DNA from: a bacterium
GTDB lineage: Bacteria > Patescibacteriota > Microgenomatia > Daviesbacterales > UBA10151
Reading direction: 5' to 3'
DNA length: 27,548 bases
Assembly: GCA_021786105.1 (NCBI GenBank)
Contig: JAJYNW010000019.1
Span: 1 to 27,548, forward strand
Made by a program: the position numbers and the translations under genes. Every line of letters starts with the position of its first letter. The stretch's first letter is position 1. Under the pieces are notes generated by a model. It was not told where the DNA came from. It worked only from the letters and a program-made list of their open reading frames with translations, and ran no database searches. Shown here piece after piece: positions 23,476 to 27,548 of the stretch.

Positions 23476-24512
23476 GATTGATATTGATCAGGGATAGCGC
23501 TGACATAAGCTACAAAGTTTGGTCCTTCAAAAACAAAAATAGGTTCAAGATAGGGGCTATAATCTTCCGATAGAAAATAACCTAAATAGACAGAGGTGAT
23601 GGAAACTTGGGGTTTATCCGGTTCAATAATAACTGCTCCTTTGCCTTTTTTTAAATCATCAAAGGCAGTTTCAGAAGTCTTTAAAAGATAGGTGGCAAAA
23701 GTTGAGGAATCAATGGGATAATAAGTAAAATTTAAGGATAAGTAATTATCTAAATTATTAGCTGACGCGTAAACAATAGCGCTGACTAGGGATTTATTGA
23801 AATCAGCGGTAAAAATTGGCTTGTTGTTTATTGAGGCAGGCCAGATAGAGACCTGGGCAGCGATGGCTTCTGATCTGGTTTGAGTAGGGATTAAGTTTTC
23901 ACCGTCAGTTTTCAGAGGGATTATCTTTGTTCGACCATTTTTAAGATTTTCTTTTAAGACACCTAAAGTAGTAAGGGTTTGTTGAAAGTCTGATACCAAT
24001 TTTGCGTCTTCATCAAGGTTTGTTTTTGCTGATATGGTAGCTTCATTGTTATATGAAAAATTACCATTGTCCAAATCAACCAGTAAGGTTTTGTTCTGAT
24101 CTTTAAACTTGTATTTTGTTTCGCTTAAAATCTGAGGGGATGAAGTAATTCCTAATTTTTCAGCTAAAGCTCCTGATCTGTCAGGGGAAAGGAAGGTGGC
24201 AAAGGTTTGGGTGACAAAATAGACTTTAATAATTTTTTCAAAACCGGTATCTTGTCCGACTTGAGGCAAGCCTCCGGTAGCGGTATCTAAAGAATAGGTA
24301 AAGTTTGAGGTAGAAACTGCACTTTTGGGAAAAAGAGGCAGCGGTAGGGGCCCAAATTTGGCATCAGGTTTTTCTTCAACTGGCGGCAAGTGGGCCAGAT
24401 AGTAAGCGTACCAAATTTTATAACCGATGAAGCTGGTTAGTCCTAATACCAAAGCAATAACAGAGAAAATAATGCCCCGTTTTACTAAAACGGCAGTCTG
24501 GGTCAGTGTCAT
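23463..24512 (-). CDS. Membrane-anchored hypothetical protein
   Basis: 349 aa, single N-terminal TM, beta-rich extracellular part ending LGY...YLEPIFVFEG. Confidence 0.8.
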   Translation of the reverse strand: MTLTQTAVLVKRGIIFSVIALVLGLTSFIGYKIWYAYYLAHLPPVEEKPDAKFGPLPLPLFPKSAVSTSNFTYSLDTATGGLPQVGQDTGFEKIIKVYFVTQTFATFLSPDRSGALAEKLGITSSPQILSETKYKFKDQNKTLLVDLDNGNFSYNNEATISAKTNLDEDAKLVSDFQQTLTTLGVLKENLKNGRTKIIPLKTDGENLIPTQTRSEAIAAQVSIWPASINNKPIFTADFNKSLVSAIVYASANNLDNYLSLNFTYYPIDSSTFATYLLKTSETAFDDLKKGKGAVIIEPDKPQVSITSVYLGYFLSEDYSPYLEPIFVFEGPNFVAYVSAIPDQYQSQGH

Positions 24513-24585
24513 AGATTTTTTTGTCTATTACGTGCTACTGATTGTTATTATACTGAAAATACAGTGTGACTGGTATAATACATTT

Positions 24586-25866
24586 ATGATTAAAACTAGA
24601 TTTGCCCCATCTCCTACAGGAACGATGCATATTGGAGGAGTTCGTACAGCATTATATGCTTTTTTGCTGGCCCGTAAGAATCAGGGGACATTTAATTTAA
24701 GAATTGAAGACACTGATAGAAACCGATATGTTGAAGGGGCGGTTGAAGATATTATTCAAAGTTTGAGATGGCTGGGGTTGAATTTTGATGGAGAGCCGGT
24801 TATTCAATCTGAGCGTAAAGAGCTTTATCAAAAATACGCCAAAGAGTTGATTGAGAAAGGTGTGGCTTATGAACAAGACGGCGCCATCTGGTTTACGATG
24901 CCAAAGAAGGGACAAGTTAGATTTACTGATTTAATTGGCAAACGGGAAATTAGTTTTGATCTGGCAGAGCAGAAGGATTTTGTTTTGTTAAAGTCGGATG
25001 GTTTTCCCACTTATCATTTGGCTCATGTAGTTGATGATCATTTAATGGAAACCAATCCGGTCATCAGAGGTGACGAGTGGTTATCTTCCATTCCCAAGCA
25101 CATTTTGACATTTCAAGCCTTTGGTTGGGAGATACCAAATTATGCGCACCTGCCGTTAATTGTCGGGACTGATCGGTCAAAATTATCCAAAAGGCATGGG
25201 GCCAAAGGGGTGGGAGAGTTTCGCCAGGATGGATTTTTGCCTGAGGCAATTTTAAATTATATGGCTTTGTTAGGTTGGACTCCGCCGGGAGGCAAAGAAA
25301 TTGTTAGTTTGGACGAGATGATTAGAACTTTTGATTTAAAAAATGTACACTCGACCCCAGCGGTTTTTGATATCACCAAACTGGAATGGATGAATGGGGA
25401 ATATATCCGAAAGATGTCTGATGAGCGGTTGTCAAAAAGACTGCGAGAGTTTTTGGTTGATCATCCGGCTAAAGATAAAATCGCCCCGGTGGTACCTCTG
25501 GTAAAGGAAAGAATTAAAAAGTTATCAGATTTTGTGCCGTTGACTGACTTCCTTTTTGAAAAACCGGAATACGATAGGGAAGTATTCAATAAGATAAAAA
25601 TAGAAGATAAAAAAGAAGCTTTAGATAAAGTTTTATATAAGATGGAGAGTTTGCAAAAGCCTTGGAAGGCAGAAGAGTTTGAAAAAGCTTTTAGGAAGTT
25701 GGCGGAAGATTTAGGGGTAAAAGTGGGGGATATGTTTCAGTTGATTAGGGCAGCGGTTTCCGGACAATTGGTTACTCCGCCGCTTTTTGAGAGTATTAAA
25801 ATTTTAGGGGAAGAGAAGGCGGTTAAGAGAATAGAGGAAGCGATGAAATTCTTACAGTCTTCTTAA
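24586..25866 (+). CDS. gltX: Glutamate--tRNA ligase
   Basis: RFAPSPTG, HIGG, RIEDTD, VVDDH and KLSKR motifs; start ATG 24586 lies 6 nt after TGGTATAAT. Confidence 0.97.
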   Translation: MIKTRFAPSPTGTMHIGGVRTALYAFLLARKNQGTFNLRIEDTDRNRYVEGAVEDIIQSLRWLGLNFDGEPVIQSERKELYQKYAKELIEKGVAYEQDGAIWFTMPKKGQVRFTDLIGKREISFDLAEQKDFVLLKSDGFPTYHLAHVVDDHLMETNPVIRGDEWLSSIPKHILTFQAFGWEIPNYAHLPLIVGTDRSKLSKRHGAKGVGEFRQDGFLPEAILNYMALLGWTPPGGKEIVSLDEMIRTFDLKNVHSTPAVFDITKLEWMNGEYIRKMSDERLSKRLREFLVDHPAKDKIAPVVPLVKERIKKLSDFVPLTDFLFEKPEYDREVFNKIKIEDKKEALDKVLYKMESLQKPWKAEEFEKAFRKLAEDLGVKVGDMFQLIRAAVSGQLVTPPLFESIKILGEEKAVKRIEEAMKFLQSS

Positions 25867-25901
25867 TTGTGTATCTCATAGCTTTGTGGTAAAATCCGCT
25901 C

Positions 25902-26285
25902 ATGGAAGATCCGAGATGGCTCAGGCTCATGACCATTGGATTAGTTTTAGCAGCCCTAGCAGTTGGATATTTTTTATTTAGCGGGAGGTTAGCTCCCAGT
26001 AAAACTGCCAGGATGCAAGCTTCTCCTGCACCTACAGTTTTAGGAAAGAATGCTCAAGTTAGCCCCAGGCCTTCAGTTGTGTCTAGTGCATCGCCTCGTG
26101 CAGCTGCTGCTTCGTCTGTCAGTCCATCGCCTACTTCTGCTTTTGAGAGGGCGGTCAGCCGGGCCCAAACTGGATCCCAATCGGTAGAGACATTACCAAG
26201 AACAGGTTTTCCAGTAGAACTGGCTGCAGCTTTTTCGATTTCAGCAGTTATTTCCGGTTGGGGTCTCCGCCGATTTCCTCATTAG
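25902..26285 (+). CDS. Small Ser/Pro/Ala-rich surface protein with an LPxTG-like C-terminal signal
   Basis: N-terminal TM, low-complexity linker, LPRTG, hydrophobic stretch, then RR. Confidence 0.7.
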   Translation: MEDPRWLRLMTIGLVLAALAVGYFLFSGRLAPSKTARMQASPAPTVLGKNAQVSPRPSVVSSASPRAAAASSVSPSPTSAFERAVSRAQTGSQSVETLPRTGFPVELAAAFSISAVISGWGLRRFPH

Positions 26286-26286
26286 T

Positions 26287-27429
26287 TTATAATTCCAAAA
26301 ATTGGTATAAGAACCGGTAATGAGCTAGGTGATTGTATCCACCCCAAGGACCAATAGTAGTGGAAATATTATCCAGTAGCAAGGGTGGAAAAGCACAGAT
26401 ATCTTTAGCTATCCAGTAATATTGTTTTTGGAGTTTCTGGTAAGGAGTACCATCAGCCATACCTTCTCCAGTATGGCCTCTTTTGGTATTGTAATACCAG
26501 ACCCAATTTAAAGCCTCTAAGAAGAACTGATTTTTGGTTTTAATGGTAGTCAGCCTTGGTACATAAAACTCTTCATCATCTGTTCTATGCGATCTTTCTA
26601 CAAAACCATTTTCCTCAGAGTGTCCCTTATGGTTTTGGTGGATAGTTGCCCCTAATGGTTTAAGAAGTTTTCTTAAATCTGTAATCTTTTGTCTGGATTT
26701 TCCACCAAACTCTTCACCCCAGTCTACAGTAAAGACTAGCTCTGATCTAATGTTGTGTGCCCTTAACCAGGCAATTACCATTAAGTAAAAGCATAATCCA
26801 TTAGTAAATGATTTCTCATATGAGTAACACAGGAATCTGATCCTGGTATTAACACATTCTGCTGTCCACTGGTAAGGTGGCAGGTGGTGTTTTTGTAAGT
26901 GGTGGTAAACCTCTTGGGGCAGGGCTTTTTTATCCAGAATATCTTTTAAATCAGTCTGGATAATTTCAAAAGGTTCTGCTTTGTACCAGTCATAGAATTG
27001 GACCTTTTTACCATTGGCATTAATCACTTTTTCTCCCTTAACCAAATCCTTTTCCCTGGCTCTTTTTAAGATATTTCTCACTGCTGAATTTTTAATCTCA
27101 AACCCATGATTGTCTCTTAACTCCTTAGCCACTCTTCTGTAGCCAAAGTGGGTTGAGTTTTTAATGGCAACAGCTTTTTGCTCAATGTTTTCTGCTGATC
27201 TGTTATGGACTAATTTTGCTGTATGGGATTTATCAGCTAAGTTACCTTCAGCTTTCTTTTTAATAGCCAACTGCACTACCCTTCTGGTAGTAGAAAACAT
27301 TCTGGCTGTTTTGGAAATATTACCAGTTTGCTTAAAAACCTCCAGCATGGCAGCTCTTGCTGTTTCAGGGTTTAGTTTGTACAAGCTAGAGTAATTCAAG
27401 ATTACATCTTGTTGTTGACCAGTTTTCAT
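26287..27429 (-). CDS. IS481-like DDE transposase (integrase core)
   Basis: N-terminal HTH, GYRRVA, IQTD, TVDWGEEF, NGFVERSHRT and YYNTKRGH...TP motifs; SD AAAGGAGG before ATG 27429. Confidence 0.9.
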   Translation of the reverse strand: MKTGQQQDVILNYSSLYKLNPETARAAMLEVFKQTGNISKTARMFSTTRRVVQLAIKKKAEGNLADKSHTAKLVHNRSAENIEQKAVAIKNSTHFGYRRVAKELRDNHGFEIKNSAVRNILKRAREKDLVKGEKVINANGKKVQFYDWYKAEPFEIIQTDLKDILDKKALPQEVYHHLQKHHLPPYQWTAECVNTRIRFLCYSYEKSFTNGLCFYLMVIAWLRAHNIRSELVFTVDWGEEFGGKSRQKITDLRKLLKPLGATIHQNHKGHSEENGFVERSHRTDDEEFYVPRLTTIKTKNQFFLEALNWVWYYNTKRGHTGEGMADGTPYQKLQKQYYWIAKDICAFPPLLLDNISTTIGPWGGYNHLAHYRFLYQFLEL

Positions 27430-27548
27430 CAATTCCTCCTTTCAGCTCAGATAATGATTTAATTCCAGCAAGTTTGAGTGCCGTTTTAATATACCTGAAC
27501 CCCTTAATTCTAACTGAAAGGTGTATATGATCCGCTAGCTCACCTACA
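26316..27548 (-). mobile_element. IS481-like insertion sequence, about 1233 bp
   Basis: Imperfect terminal inverted repeats GGTAA-TGAGCTAGGTGATTGTATCCACC (26316-26343) and TGTAGGTGAGCTAGCGGATCATATACACC (reverse complement of 27520-27548). A TGT terminus is typical of IS481. Confidence 0.82.

Noticed and set aside
24427-24585. 53-aa N-terminal extension of GltX
   Set aside because: Overlaps the divergent gene; the canonical MIKTRFAPSP start is at 24586.

Overview
The window is mostly bacterial housekeeping DNA. Gene content and style suggest a Patescibacteria/CPR (Microgenomates-like) genome, which is an inference. It contains four GT-C-type membrane glycosyltransferases, miaA, an AI-2E transporter, a compact RNase P RNA, a comM/yifB ATPase, DUF4446 and DUF3048 genes, secD and secF split by two unknown genes, cca, recJ, an archaeal-type aspS, a D,D-carboxypeptidase, gltX, an LPxTG-type protein and an IS481-like element that ends exactly at the window edge. 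The main discovery is a 2.1 kb island between recJ and aspS (about 18900-21030). Two back-to-back promoters each drive an unannotated leader peptide: a Leu/Ile/Val-rich one on the minus strand (MNLILIESLLVLVTLLTVLLRGACLGGLFR) and a Phe/Tyr/Trp-rich one on the plus strand (MKSHQPTFSFYFTYFWFTSRKGGWLMS). Each is followed by antiterminator/terminator hairpins like those of classical ribosome-mediated attenuators. Each controls three small unknown proteins, including a paralog pair, rather than amino-acid biosynthesis genes. Other points are a nested in-frame palindromic element inside cca, dispersed GCGAAGC-core repeats, a duplicated rnpB 3' end, an internal motif duplication in MiaA, and widespread apparently leaderless genes. 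All family assignments come from motif recognition by eye; no database searches or folding programs were run.
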